Below are positions 1 through 10,769 of a stretch of DNA of 64,000 nt, in pieces (the stretch's first letter is position 1; the number at the start of each line of letters is the position of its first letter). This DNA comes from a virus (Duplodnaviria; Caudoviricetes). A program made the translations under genes and the position numbers. Under the pieces are notes generated by a model. The model made no database searches, was not told the origin of the DNA, and saw only the letters and a list, made by a program, of their open reading frames with translations. The stretch spans positions 128,001-192,000 of IMG/VR virus record IMGVR_UViG_3300011989_000257. One strand, written 5' to 3'.

Positions 1-115
1 TTGCAACACCGTCATTTGTTGCTGATTGTGTCAAACCTTGAGCTGCGGTTTGCTTGTCTGGATAGACCTTACCATTACGTAAGAGTCCCAATGAATAAAG
101 ATTTTTTACTGCCAT
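1..115 (-). CDS. Partial (5' end) structural/tail protein, paralog of 10770..12548
   Basis: ATG at 115 gives MAVKNLYSLGLLRNGKVYPDKQTAAQGLTQSATNDGVA and runs off the window edge. It resembles the N-terminus of 10770..12548 (FLRN...EAA...DG). Late motif at 151-160. Confidence 0.7.
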   Translation of the reverse strand, partial: MAVKNLYSLGLLRNGKVYPDKQTAAQGLTQSATNDGVA

Positions 116-247
116 ATTTTTATATATTTAATTTGTCTTATTATCTAATATATAAATATTTTATATAGCATAAAAATTTGCCCCAGGCACAAGCCCAAGG
201 CAAACTTTTTTTGCAATTTAATCTTGTTTGATTTTATTAAGATTAAT

Positions 248-973
248 TTATTCACTAAGAACACCACGCACAGAGAAGCCGTTGGAGCGATAGGTGTTTT
301 CCTGCCATTTCACACTTCCATCTCTGAATTCAAAGTAGTAGGCCCACTGAACATAATAGTTGAAAAGCGAACTCGACAAATATAAGTCCCAACTGCCTAC
401 ACTGAGAACCCTACCATTGTAGCAGTAGCCACAAGCAGGAAAGAACAGTACCTTTGAACTGTCAGTCTTATCAGTACATACAAGACCCGCAACGCCACTT
501 CCTTGATAATCAGTAGTCCACGCTGTATTCACAGCATTGCCCAATGCAACATACTCTTCAGTTGTTGGCATTCTCCAACTACCACCCCAATCAGCAGTCA
601 CAGCATCATCTTCTGCATCCAATACAGTCTTACCATCAGTTGAGTTATACTTGGTCATTCCTGTATTACCAGGTGAACTTGTACCATTACCGTACTTATA
701 GTCTGCCCAACCAAAGTACTTCTGTCCACTACCACTACCTACTTGTGAAGCAGTATAGCCTTGGGTGTCACCCCATTGGAAATAAAGTCCCGTGTCAGTA
801 ATACCTGTTGCGCCGACGTTCATTGTTGCCCATTTAACACCGCCTATCTCAACATATTCGTGCGATGGGGTTTGTGGGTACAACTTAACGTCTCCAAGGT
901 AGACCTTGCAATCGCTAGAGCCTACCTTGAATGCGCTAATATCTAGATTTCCTATTCTAATTCCGTCTGCCAT
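248..973 (-). CDS. Fibre-tip adhesin with Fib_succ_major/C-type-lectin-like domain, DGR-VR-like C-terminus
   Basis: Motifs HEYVEIGGVKWATMNVGA, GLYFQWGD, WRMPT, LFFPA and GFSVRGV. Likely start is MADGIRIG at 973, just after the fibre stop. Confidence 0.75.
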   Translation of the reverse strand: MADGIRIGNLDISAFKVGSSDCKVYLGDVKLYPQTPSHEYVEIGGVKWATMNVGATGITDTGLYFQWGDTQGYTASQVGSGSGQKYFGWADYKYGNGTSSPGNTGMTKYNSTDGKTVLDAEDDAVTADWGGSWRMPTTEEYVALGNAVNTAWTTDYQGSGVAGLVCTDKTDSSKVLFFPACGYCYNGRVLSVGSWDLYLSSSLFNYYVQWAYYFEFRDGSVKWQENTYRSNGFSVRGVLSE

Positions 974-974
974 A

Positions 975-3900
975 TTAATTAACAATTACGTATAATGTAT
1001 TAGGGTCTTTTGTTGTCAAAGCATCATATGCGGCTTGTGTAATCTTCTTGAGCTTAAGTCCATCAAGGTCTGACTTATCAGCCTTATTTGTGTTCAAATC
1101 ATTCAATGCATTTGATACAGTCAATTCATTCTCAGCTACAACCTTCGTTGCAATTGGGTCTGTTGAACCACTATTTGAAGGAGTGATTGCAGTTACCGTC
1201 TCAACCTTTCCGATGTTATCTTGCAACTTGATGTCAGTACCACCACTGGTTATGTAGATGTCACCATTCTGCCTAATCTCAAAGGCATTGTGCCTTGCAT
1301 TATATTCGCCATTACCAACACTAAATAATGTATTACCACTATCACCAAATGTAGTTGAAGCTCTATTGCTTGCGTTATACTGTCCACTTGCGTGTTCATA
1401 GGAATTGGTTGTTAACGTATTTTGGCCTTCTGTGTGAGAATAATCACCATTTGCTATTGTATACGCTCCTTCAGCGTGAGAAGACTGACCACTTGCTACT
1501 GTACCTTGTCCTTCAGCATGAGAATAATTACCATTTGCCTTTGCATTCCATCCTTCAGCGTGACTACTATTACTGCTTGCAGTAGTACTCTGTCCTTCAG
1601 CGTGAGAATAATAACCACTTGCTAATGCATACTTTCCTTCAGCATGAGAAGAGTGACCACTTGCTGTTGTACTCCATCCTTCTGCGTGTGAATACTCACC
1701 ATTTGCCTTTGTACCGCATCCTTCAGCGTGAGAAGAGCGGCCACTTGCTGTTGTCTCATAACCTTCAGCATGAGATGACTCACCACTCGCCGTTGTACTA
1801 TTTCCTTCAGCGTGTGAACGTAGTCCACTTGCTACTGTACTATTTCCTTCAGCGTGAGAATAATCGCCATTTGCTTTTGTATTATAGCCTTCTGCGTGAG
1901 ATGACTCACCACTTGCTACTGTACTATTTCCTTCAGCGTGAGAATAATCGTCACTTGCAGTTGTATAATTACCTTCAGCGTGAGATTTATTACCACTTGC
2001 AATTGTACTACTGCCCTCAGCGTGAGAATAGTTACCACTTGCAGTTGTGCTATCTCCTTCAGCGTGTGAAGTCATTCCATTTGCTTGCGTATTATTTCCT
2101 TCAGCGTGAGAAAATTGACCATTTGCCTTTGTACTCAATCCTTCAGTGTGAGAAGCAAAACCACTTGCTACTGTACTATTTCCTTCTGCGTGAGAAAAAT
2201 AGCCACTTGCTACTGTACTATTTCCTTCAGCGTGAGAAACAAATGATGTTGCACTAGTACTTAGTCCTTCTGTCACAGAATAGTCACCACTTGCTGTGCC
2301 ACTTGAACCCTTTAATATAACAGAGTTCAATCCTGTTCCACTTTCCCAAAGTTCAACTGATGGCGTATATGCTGATGCATCAAGTTTCTTTTCGTCAAGG
2401 TTGTTCAATGCAGCAGATATAATCCTCTCATTCTCAATGATTACCTCAGTGATTGAAGATGATGTAAATCCGCTTCCAACAAGGCTATCAATTGCTGCCT
2501 TATTATAATAGTTTGAAGCATCAAATATATCAGTCAATGGAATATTGATATCCTGCTTTCCAGCATCGGTGTTGAATGATATAACAAGACAAGTAACTTG
2601 GCTTCCACCGCTTGTTACATCCTTGATTTCAACATTTGACACCATTCCATCCTTGATGAAATCAGTCGCATCAATATGACAAATAGATGTTGCAGTATCT
2701 GTATCGTTCTTATAGAAATTAATCTTCTTGTCGTTTGAATCATATGCAGCATAGCCAATCTTATTGGCCCAAGATGCCTTATCAGCAGCAGTTACGTGTA
2801 TCTCCGTATTTGCAGTATGCGCACTTACAGTACCACTCAATGCAACAAATGCATTAGCCCATACAAGTTCATTTTCAGTTACTGCACTGTACACAGCCTT
2901 TGTAGATATAGGATTTGTACTAGCTGTATTACTGAAATCTTGGTCAATTTCTATATTCCCGCCAAGATTATCTTGAAGCAATATATCAGTGCCGCCACTT
3001 ACAATATAAATGTCACCATTCTGCCTAATCTCAAATGCGTTGTGCCTTGCATTATCAGCAGTACCGTTACCAACACTGAATAGCGTATTACCACTATCAC
3101 CAAATGTAGTAGTAGCACTGCTACTTACATTTAACTGTCCACTTGCGTGTTCATACATATTATTTGCTTGTGTTCCTGCGCCTTCAGTGTGAGAATAATT
3201 TCCATTTGCTTGTGTTCCTATACCTTCAGCGTGCGAATTACTACCGTTTGCTTGTGTTCCTGTACCTTCAGCGTGAGATGACTCACCACTTGCTGTTGTA
3301 TGATATCCTTCAGCGTGAGAATAACTACCGCTTGCCGTTGTATTACTGCCTTCAGCGTGAGAATCACTCCCACTTGCCATTGTATAGCTACCTTCAGCGT
3401 GAGAATATTGAGTATTTGCTGTTGTATAACCACCTTCAGCGTGAGATGACTCACCGCTTGCTATTGTACTATAACCTTCAGCGTGAGAACGTGAACCATT
3501 TGCAGTTGTATAATTACCTTCAGCGTGAGAAGAACTACCATTTGCTTTAGTATAATATCCTTCAGTGTGAGAATAATACCCACTTGCAGTTGTACTATAT
3601 CCTTCAGCGTGAGAAGACTGGCCACTTGCAGTTGTACTATATCCTTCAGCGTGCGAATAGTAACCTATTGATTTAGACCAAGAACCTTCAGCAACAGAAG
3701 ATGTTCCTCTTGCTGTGTTGTTTCCTCCTTTCAATACGACAGAATTCACACCACTTCCGCTAACCCAAAGTTCTACGCTTGGTGTGTATGCGCTTGCATC
3801 GAGTTTTCTTTCATCAAGGTCAACAAGTGCTGATGATACGATTTCTTCATTCTCAATGATTACGTCAGTAATGGATGAAGGTGAAAATCCGCTACCAATA

Positions 3901-4742
3901 TAGTCTTGCAGCTTAAACGCTGGACTTGTTGTTGTACCGCCACTTGTTATGTAAATGTCACCGTTCTGTCTAACCTCAAATGCATTATGACGTGCATAGT
4001 AATTACCATTACCAACACTGAATAATGTGTTGCCACTATCGCCAAAATAAGTTGAAGCACTGCTGCTTACATTATATTGGCCACTTGCGTGCTCTGATGT
4101 GTTATTCGCTATTGTAGATTGCCCTTCAGCGTGGCTATAATTACCACTTGCAGTTGCATAATATCCTTCAGCGTGAGAATAACTACCATTTGCTTTAGTA
4201 TAATATCCTTCAGTGTGAGAAGCATATCCACTTGCAGTTGTATTATATCCTTCAGCGTGAGAATAATAACCACTTGCTATTGTATAACGTCCTTCAGCAA
4301 CAGAAGACGTTCCGCTAGCTTCATTGTATCCACCTTTCAATACAGCAGAATTCATACCACTTCCGCTTACCCACAAATCCCTAGCGTCTATCTCTGCCTT
4401 TGTGTATGTCGGTTTATATGCGCTTTTATTAAGTTTCCTTTCATCAAGGTCAGCCAATGCAAGTGCTGTGACCTTTTCGTTTGATTCAATGACACTTGTA
4501 ACCGTATTTGCACTGTTCTCACCAGTGAATCCACTTCCAAGTTTTTTCTCAGTGTAATAGTTGTCAGATGAGAATGTAACGACATCCCCGCTCTCATTCT
4601 TGATTGACAATGTTTCAACATCCTTACCGAAGTTGATGGCTATCTCACCTTCAACAAGGTCATCAGCCAACGGTAGTTTTGGCCCACCGTTCTCCTTTAA
4701 TTTGCTCTTCTTATGAGAGACAAAATAAGCGTTTTTGCCCAT
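975..4742 (-). CDS. Tail fibre with YadA-like (trimeric autotransporter head) 14-aa SHAEG repeats
   Basis: Three blocks of SHAEGxxTxAxGxx repeats, each closed by EHASGQYN...FGDSGNTLFSVGNG...RHNAFE.RQNGDIYI. C-terminus ITQAAYDALTTKDPNTLYVI is a common phage fibre end motif. Confidence 0.8.
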   Translation of the reverse strand: MGKNAYFVSHKKSKLKENGGPKLPLADDLVEGEIAINFGKDVETLSIKNESGDVVTFSSDNYYTEKKLGSGFTGENSANTVTSVIESNEKVTALALADLDERKLNKSAYKPTYTKAEIDARDLWVSGSGMNSAVLKGGYNEASGTSSVAEGRYTIASGYYSHAEGYNTTASGYASHTEGYYTKANGSYSHAEGYYATASGNYSHAEGQSTIANNTSEHASGQYNVSSSASTYFGDSGNTLFSVGNGNYYARHNAFEVRQNGDIYITSGGTTTSPAFKLQDYIGSGFSPSSITDVIIENEEIVSSALVDLDERKLDASAYTPSVELWVSGSGVNSVVLKGGNNTARGTSSVAEGSWSKSIGYYSHAEGYSTTASGQSSHAEGYSTTASGYYSHTEGYYTKANGSSSHAEGNYTTANGSRSHAEGYSTIASGESSHAEGGYTTANTQYSHAEGSYTMASGSDSHAEGSNTTASGSYSHAEGYHTTASGESSHAEGTGTQANGSNSHAEGIGTQANGNYSHTEGAGTQANNMYEHASGQLNVSSSATTTFGDSGNTLFSVGNGTADNARHNAFEIRQNGDIYIVSGGTDILLQDNLGGNIEIDQDFSNTASTNPISTKAVYSAVTENELVWANAFVALSGTVSAHTANTEIHVTAADKASWANKIGYAAYDSNDKKINFYKNDTDTATSICHIDATDFIKDGMVSNVEIKDVTSGGSQVTCLVISFNTDAGKQDINIPLTDIFDASNYYNKAAIDSLVGSGFTSSSITEVIIENERIISAALNNLDEKKLDASAYTPSVELWESGTGLNSVILKGSSGTASGDYSVTEGLSTSATSFVSHAEGNSTVASGYFSHAEGNSTVASGFASHTEGLSTKANGQFSHAEGNNTQANGMTSHAEGDSTTASGNYSHAEGSSTIASGNKSHAEGNYTTASDDYSHAEGNSTVASGESSHAEGYNTKANGDYSHAEGNSTVASGLRSHAEGNSTTASGESSHAEGYETTASGRSSHAEGCGTKANGEYSHAEGWSTTASGHSSHAEGKYALASGYYSHAEGQSTTASSNSSHAEGWNAKANGNYSHAEGQGTVASGQSSHAEGAYTIANGDYSHTEGQNTLTTNSYEHASGQYNASNRASTTFGDSGNTLFSVGNGEYNARHNAFEIRQNGDIYITSGGTDIKLQDNIGKVETVTAITPSNSGSTDPIATKVVAENELTVSNALNDLNTNKADKSDLDGLKLKKITQAAYDALTTKDPNTLYVIVN

Positions 4743-4840
4743 AAATTTAATTCTTTTTTTTTAATAGCTTTTATTATTAGAAATATAGATTTCAAAAATT
4801 GGTAAGAATACCAGCTTGTTTAAAAATCTATTAAAATATA

Positions 4841-4912
4841 TCTTTCTATATAAATATCATAAGGAATATAAAAAAAGAGCAACCAACTTAATGATTGCCC
4901 TTGATATATTAT
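4841..4912. repeat. Terminator + late-motif intergenic cassette, repeated at 13547-13615
   Basis: About 70 bp near-identical: TCTTTCT.TATAAATATCATAAGGAATATAAAAAAGAGCAA...GATTGC.CTTGATATATTA. Confidence 0.85.
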
Positions 4913-5664
4913 TAATCAGCAACCCCACGCACAAGATGGCCGTCCTTGCGCCCAGTGCTGCTCTCCCAACTCACGTGTTCAGTTCCGAAACCCAAGTGGC
5001 AAGCGTTCATAAACCAACTGCTTTGAGTGATGTCTATAAAATGTGAACTCGACCAATACTCGCCGTTTCTACCTACATTCCACATTTTATTATTGCTACA
5101 GTAGCCACCAGCAGGGAAGAATAATACCTTGGAACTGTCTTCCTTATCAGTACATACCATACCCGAAACGCCAGTGCCTTGATAATCAGCAGTCCAAGCC
5201 GTATTCACAGCCCATCCCAATGCAGCATATTCATCGTTTGTTGGCATTCTCCATTTACCACCCCAATTGGCTATCACGGCATCATCAGATGCATCCAATA
5301 CTGTCTTACCATCAGTTTCATTATACTTGGTCATATCATCAGCAGATGGTGATGTACCCCCACTATTATACTTATAGTCTGACCAACCAAACCCCTTCTG
5401 TCCAGTACCTGTATAGCCACTTATATCACCCCATTGGAAATAAAGACCTGTATCAGTAATTGAGTTTGCCCCAACGTTCATCGTTGCCCACTTAAGGCCA
5501 GCAATTTCAACATAATCATGTCCTCTATATGGGTCAACCCAAGGACTATAATGTACATCATCTTCAGTTTTACAGATTGATACATTTGGTAGTATTGCAC
5601 CACTATCATTAATGTAATTCTCATACTGTGTATGATTCTTGAATTTCTTTAAATATATTGCCAT
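4912..5664 (-). CDS. C-type-lectin-like (Fib_succ_major-like) protein with N-terminal anchor module
   Basis: Paralog of 248..973 (HDYVEIAGLKWATMNVGA, GEYWSSS, LVRGV). N-terminus MAIYLKKF...LPNVS...VHY. Confidence 0.75.
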   Translation of the reverse strand: MAIYLKKFKNHTQYENYINDSGAILPNVSICKTEDDVHYSPWVDPYRGHDYVEIAGLKWATMNVGANSITDTGLYFQWGDISGYTGTGQKGFGWSDYKYNSGGTSPSADDMTKYNETDGKTVLDASDDAVIANWGGKWRMPTNDEYAALGWAVNTAWTADYQGTGVSGMVCTDKEDSSKVLFFPAGGYCSNNKMWNVGRNGEYWSSSHFIDITQSSWFMNACHLGFGTEHVSWESSTGRKDGHLVRGVAD

Positions 5665-5739
5665 AATTATTGTTTTCTATATAAATATCTTATGGGAAAG
5701 AAAAATGAGGAACTGTATTGAAACAATTCCTCATTAATA

Positions 5740-8700
5740 TTATTCAAATGTAAACGTATCACTAATATTGCCACTCTCAACGGTTACTACATCACCACTA
5801 CTGAATGTATGCCCTGTAAACGTAAGAATATTATCAGTTGCTGCCTTTGTTTCAACAGTTGTTCCGTTTACCTTTAATGCAAAATCAGTTGTTTGGTTTG
5901 TGTAACACTTGATAACCCTATCAGTCATCTTTGTATAGTTCTTCTGACATATATGCACGAACTTGTCTGTCTGATTCCACCAAGCCTTGTACAGATAGAA
6001 CGTATCCTTCTTGGTAACGTGGTCTCTCTCAACAAGACCCTTATTATTCAACCTTCTCAATTCATCGTCAATAGATGTGTTCTCACCATCAAGACATACT
6101 GTATATCCCTCATTTCTGTTTGCCACAGCAATGTCGAACAACTGCCATTGAGATGTGAACATCAACTGCGGATATTGCTTGATTGTCGCAATATGTCCTT
6201 CATGTAGCCACATCATATATTCAATATCGTGTCTTTCGTGATTGCCCCTTGTGGTTGTATTCATAAAGTCATCTGAGTGACAACGTTGTGTACCACCACA
6301 TCCATACTCAGAGTATGCCATTGGTTTTCCAACCCTGTTAATGGTGTTGTTAAGACGTGTGTTAATCTGTGACACAGGAGTATTTGAGTTTGGACTGTCA
6401 TACCATCCCACATATATATTACATCCGAACCAGTCAACATTAGATGGGTCATTATAGTATGCACTTGGACTTGTGCCAGGACTTTGTGCAAGCACATATC
6501 CTACCATTCTCTCAGAATCAAGTCTCTTGATTAATGCTGTGTATTCCTCTACCTTCTGCTTACCAAATGCCTTGTCATCAGTCGTTGTCTCATTGCTAAG
6601 ACCCCAGAAGAATATACAAGGGTGGTTATAGTGCTGATTGACCATATCTGTATACTGACCAGTTAAGTGTGTATAATAGTCTTCTGGCATTGTTGACTGT
6701 AACTTGTTAACACAAGGACCTTCAGTCTGCACAACTATACCCAATGCATCACATCTGTCATATACCTCCTTCGGATGAGGATAATGAGCTAAACGTAAGA
6801 AGTTAAGTCCAAGTTCTTGAATTGTTGCAAATGTATTGTTATAATCGGTTTCAGTCAATGCATTTGCCCTTCCTTCTATATCATCATGCATACAGCATCC
6901 TCTAAGAAGATATGGAGAACCATTGAGCAAGAATCCAGTATACGGATTTTCATCAGTGCCAACCTTTTCAGTATCATTGATTACATACTCATAGTATCTC
7001 AATCCATAAGGTCTTACAAACCTATGATACAAATCGTTTCCACCATATATCTCAAGTGTTACTGTGTATAGATATGGGTCTGGTTTACCATTCCATAGAT
7101 GAGGGTTTGCAATAACCTTTGTAAATGTCATTTCCTCACCAGTACTTGCACTTGTTGCAGAATAAATATTGGTATTACCATCATCAATCTTACAAACCAA
7201 CGTAGCACCAGTTGGAACACTTGTCATTATATTGACAGTTGCCTCTGCATCAGACACCGTTGACGTAATATGGAAGCCATCATAGCCATATTTCATTGCT
7301 GGAACATATGGGCTTGTAAGCAACCTTACATTACCAAGAGTCGCATTGAAGTTGAAGTCGCCAGCTGCTGGCGCAACATAGTTTCCTTCATTGTTCTTGA
7401 TTACAACCTTTACAGTATTTGAGCCACTATGTACATAATTTGATATGTCAGTGGTAAACGCTGCATAACCTCCCCAGTGCTTTTCCACAAGTGTATCATC
7501 AACATATATTGATGCTGAATGGTCAGCATGCTGGAACCACAAATACGTTGGTTGCGCTCCACTCAATGCAAAACTTGTCTCAAAGTTAAATGTTCCCTTT
7601 GCATAATTTGATGAATGACCGTCAATTGCATTGACTGAATATGGAGTGGTAATTTCGTTACCACCATAGTTCCACTTCTTTAAGTCTCTATTTGAATATT
7701 CAATAGGTACATCACTTACATATTGACAAGTTTGAGACACTGTACGACTTTCTTGACCATTCAATTCAGAATATGTTTGTATAATAGTGTCTGCTGTTAT
7801 TGTTATAGCAGTTGTATACGCACTATATTCTCCAGTATTGTTTAATCTATAATATATGTCAGCACCTTGAGTTTCACAAGTTAATGTTATCTCACTGAAT
7901 CCATCATATGTGATTGTAGGTGGAACTACTGGAACGTCATCATACACTAACCAATTTTTTGGAATACCGTTTGCTCCCCTAGTCCAAGTATCTACAGAAA
8001 CTCCGCTATCCTTTACGAATGTACCACTTGATGCAACGCCACTAGTCCAATTCTGCTTACAGTTGGTTGTGTTAAATCCATCAATTGCCATACATTTAAT
8101 ATAATTAAGGCTTGTACAGCCAGTAAACATATTACCATAACATTCAGCAACCAAATGTTCTGCAAGTAATTCTGGTGCTTCAACTATTGCACAATTTTCA
8201 AACATATACCAATAAACACCCTTTGCCAATGTTGTCGCTGGTAATTGTGGTGCTTTTGTCAAATATGTACACCAACTAAATAAAGCACGATAGCAATATT
8301 CAGTTAATGTTAATGCTGGTAGCACAAGGTTCTCAGCAGATTCTATATTTGTACGCTTAAATAATGAACAGAAATTGTATGTTCTTGTCATTGCTGTATT
8401 TCCAATGAAATTATCGCCATAAATGAGTGACATTACATTACCTTCAGCGACAAAATGAGCCGTTGAGCCTATGTCTGTAGACCCACTAGTATCTTTTCCG
8501 AATGAAGCATAATTTGATTTACTTCCAGCATATGTAGTATTAGTACCCTTAAATCTTATAACATCATCAGCTACAACATTTATTGCAGTAGGAGACGATG
8601 CTGCTGTTATAGAAGTCCATTCTCCACCGTTAAGGCTATACTCAATTGTTTTCGCATATCCGCTTCCAACAGATTTCCAACAAATTGTTCCTGCACTTGT

Positions 8701-10665
8701 TATTCTAAATGTCAAATAGTCATTTTCATAATGGTGTACTGGACTATATTCACAGTTTTGCGTTACAACAGAACTTACACGTCCTCTATATGATGAATAT
8801 GTTTCAACAAGAGTATCAGCAGTAATTACTATTGGAGTAGTATAAACTTGATAAGTTCCTTCTTGGTTTAATCTATAATTTATGGTTGCACTTGCTGTTG
8901 CACAAGCCAAAGATATTTCCTCTCCATTGAAGATAACAGTTGGGGCTACCAATACAACAGGGCTATAAGTACACGTTTCCTTTGCAGTATGTCCAACCTC
9001 AGTTCCAACTTGGGCATATGCCTCAACAACTGTTGTTGCTGTTATCTCAAACGAATCTGTATATGCACTATATGTTCCAGTTTCGTTCATTCTATAATAA
9101 AGTTCAGCATCTGTTGTTGCACAAGCAATTGACACATATTCTCCATCACAAGTGATAACTGGTGTTGCGATACCATTATCATATAAGCAGTTCTTACTTA
9201 CAGTATTACTTTTGTCACCATCAACTTCAGCATATGTTTGAACAAGTGTGTCAGCAGTAATCGCTATTGGCTCTGTATACTTAGCATATACGCCAACCTC
9301 ATTAAGCCTATAATAAATGTCAGCACCTACAGTTTCACAAGTTATTGTAACATACTGACCGTTACAATCTATTGTTGGCTCATTAACGTTGGTAAGCTTC
9401 TTAATTGAGAAACTGAATACATCAATATTTGAGAATCTGAATGGGTCTCCGTTTGCATCCAACGCACAGCCAACTGTTGTCTTAATATATTTCAAATCCT
9501 CAATGTCTGGGAATGTATTGTTTGATATATAATTGAACGCATTACCGATTAGTTCATCACAAGTAAACTTATTGGTACTAGCAGTTGGGTCATACACTAT
9601 GTGCAAATTATATTCATATATATTTGATGAACCATTATATTTGTTTGCATTTGTTGTTGTAATTGTTGTGTTCGCATTACTGCCAGTTGAGAACTGTGTA
9701 CCAAGTTGTATATACTTGTTTGCTTGAGATTGTCTTACTTGGAAGCCATACCAAGGCTCTGGTGCTGCCCTCTTTGAATTGATTATGTTATGATGATTAT
9801 CACTTTGATTTGGCGGCTGATTTGTAAAATCTATTGTAAAGTGAATATCCATCACAAAGCCTTGTGTAACATCAAGAGCATAGTATTCAGTATTAACACC
9901 ATCTGACCTAAACTCCTTCACTCCATCTGGATTTCCGCTTGTATCAATATCATATCCAGTGACAATTGTATTGCCGCTTTCATCATACTTGACATCTTGT
10001 GTGCTTACGTTGCCATCAGTATCTCCAGTCATGTTAGTACCATCAGTTGCATTACCATTGGCATCATAGTTTGTCTCATTACTTGTATATGAGCCATCTG
10101 AATTTGTTTCCTTGCTTTTCTCTGTGCTACCAATGACATTTCCTTCACTGTCTGTCACAACTGACTCTACAACCTCAGTTGAAGAACCGTCTTCATTCTC
10201 TGTCACTGTTGTGACAACTGTTGTGGTGTTTCCGCTTTCATCAGTTACAACCTCAGTTGTTGTTTCAGCAGAAGAACCACTTTGATATGTCAATGTTATT
10301 TCCTTCGTTGCAGTTTGACCATTATATGCCGCTTGTATTGTAACAGGAGATTCACTTGCTGTAGATGAAATTGTAATCTTACCGTTTGTTGCATCTATCG
10401 TTGCATAATCAGAACCACTTATAATGCTCCATACGGCAGATGATGTGACATCATTACCACCGCACATTGCGTTATATTTACAGGTTTCAGCAATTATTTC
10501 TGACGCTCCTTCTATAACCAAAGTGCATGTTGGAGATGGTTTACCAGCTGTTATATACGTCTTACTATCTCCAGAACAATATGATATATTTGGAACTACA
10601 GCACCTTCTTGTGCCATATATTCAATGTAATCATTTGTGTAATTAAATATCCTAAAATATTTCAT
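5740..10665 (-). CDS. Multidomain virion-associated protein with C-terminal GH2 glycoside hydrolase
   Basis: Anchor module, Ig-like domain, Thr/Ser/Glu-rich repeats, four FN3-associated-like repeats (TxGAxIYYxLN) and a BspA-like PxLPATTL segment. GH2 motifs HLWNG...PYLY, NFLRLAHYP, WGLSNE (acid/base) and YSEYG (nucleophile). Confidence 0.8.
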   Translation of the reverse strand: MKYFRIFNYTNDYIEYMAQEGAVVPNISYCSGDSKTYITAGKPSPTCTLVIEGASEIIAETCKYNAMCGGNDVTSSAVWSIISGSDYATIDATNGKITISSTASESPVTIQAAYNGQTATKEITLTYQSGSSAETTTEVVTDESGNTTTVVTTVTENEDGSSTEVVESVVTDSEGNVIGSTEKSKETNSDGSYTSNETNYDANGNATDGTNMTGDTDGNVSTQDVKYDESGNTIVTGYDIDTSGNPDGVKEFRSDGVNTEYYALDVTQGFVMDIHFTIDFTNQPPNQSDNHHNIINSKRAAPEPWYGFQVRQSQANKYIQLGTQFSTGSNANTTITTTNANKYNGSSNIYEYNLHIVYDPTASTNKFTCDELIGNAFNYISNNTFPDIEDLKYIKTTVGCALDANGDPFRFSNIDVFSFSIKKLTNVNEPTIDCNGQYVTITCETVGADIYYRLNEVGVYAKYTEPIAITADTLVQTYAEVDGDKSNTVSKNCLYDNGIATPVITCDGEYVSIACATTDAELYYRMNETGTYSAYTDSFEITATTVVEAYAQVGTEVGHTAKETCTYSPVVLVAPTVIFNGEEISLACATASATINYRLNQEGTYQVYTTPIVITADTLVETYSSYRGRVSSVVTQNCEYSPVHHYENDYLTFRITSAGTICWKSVGSGYAKTIEYSLNGGEWTSITAASSPTAINVVADDVIRFKGTNTTYAGSKSNYASFGKDTSGSTDIGSTAHFVAEGNVMSLIYGDNFIGNTAMTRTYNFCSLFKRTNIESAENLVLPALTLTEYCYRALFSWCTYLTKAPQLPATTLAKGVYWYMFENCAIVEAPELLAEHLVAECYGNMFTGCTSLNYIKCMAIDGFNTTNCKQNWTSGVASSGTFVKDSGVSVDTWTRGANGIPKNWLVYDDVPVVPPTITYDGFSEITLTCETQGADIYYRLNNTGEYSAYTTAITITADTIIQTYSELNGQESRTVSQTCQYVSDVPIEYSNRDLKKWNYGGNEITTPYSVNAIDGHSSNYAKGTFNFETSFALSGAQPTYLWFQHADHSASIYVDDTLVEKHWGGYAAFTTDISNYVHSGSNTVKVVIKNNEGNYVAPAAGDFNFNATLGNVRLLTSPYVPAMKYGYDGFHITSTVSDAEATVNIMTSVPTGATLVCKIDDGNTNIYSATSASTGEEMTFTKVIANPHLWNGKPDPYLYTVTLEIYGGNDLYHRFVRPYGLRYYEYVINDTEKVGTDENPYTGFLLNGSPYLLRGCCMHDDIEGRANALTETDYNNTFATIQELGLNFLRLAHYPHPKEVYDRCDALGIVVQTEGPCVNKLQSTMPEDYYTHLTGQYTDMVNQHYNHPCIFFWGLSNETTTDDKAFGKQKVEEYTALIKRLDSERMVGYVLAQSPGTSPSAYYNDPSNVDWFGCNIYVGWYDSPNSNTPVSQINTRLNNTINRVGKPMAYSEYGCGGTQRCHSDDFMNTTTRGNHERHDIEYMMWLHEGHIATIKQYPQLMFTSQWQLFDIAVANRNEGYTVCLDGENTSIDDELRRLNNKGLVERDHVTKKDTFYLYKAWWNQTDKFVHICQKNYTKMTDRVIKCYTNQTTDFALKVNGTTVETKAATDNILTFTGHTFSSGDVVTVESGNISDTFTFE

Positions 10666-10769
10666 ATATAAAATTCATTTCTCTATAAATATTTTCCCAA
10701 GAATAAAAAAATGGATAACCCATACAGATTATCCATTTTAATATAAAGAGTTATTTAAAGAAACTTAGA

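Noticed and set aside
1400-4300. 42-bp tandem DNA repeats as a non-coding array
   Set aside because: They are the coding SHAEG repeats of the fibre gene; the +-strand ORFs here are shadows.
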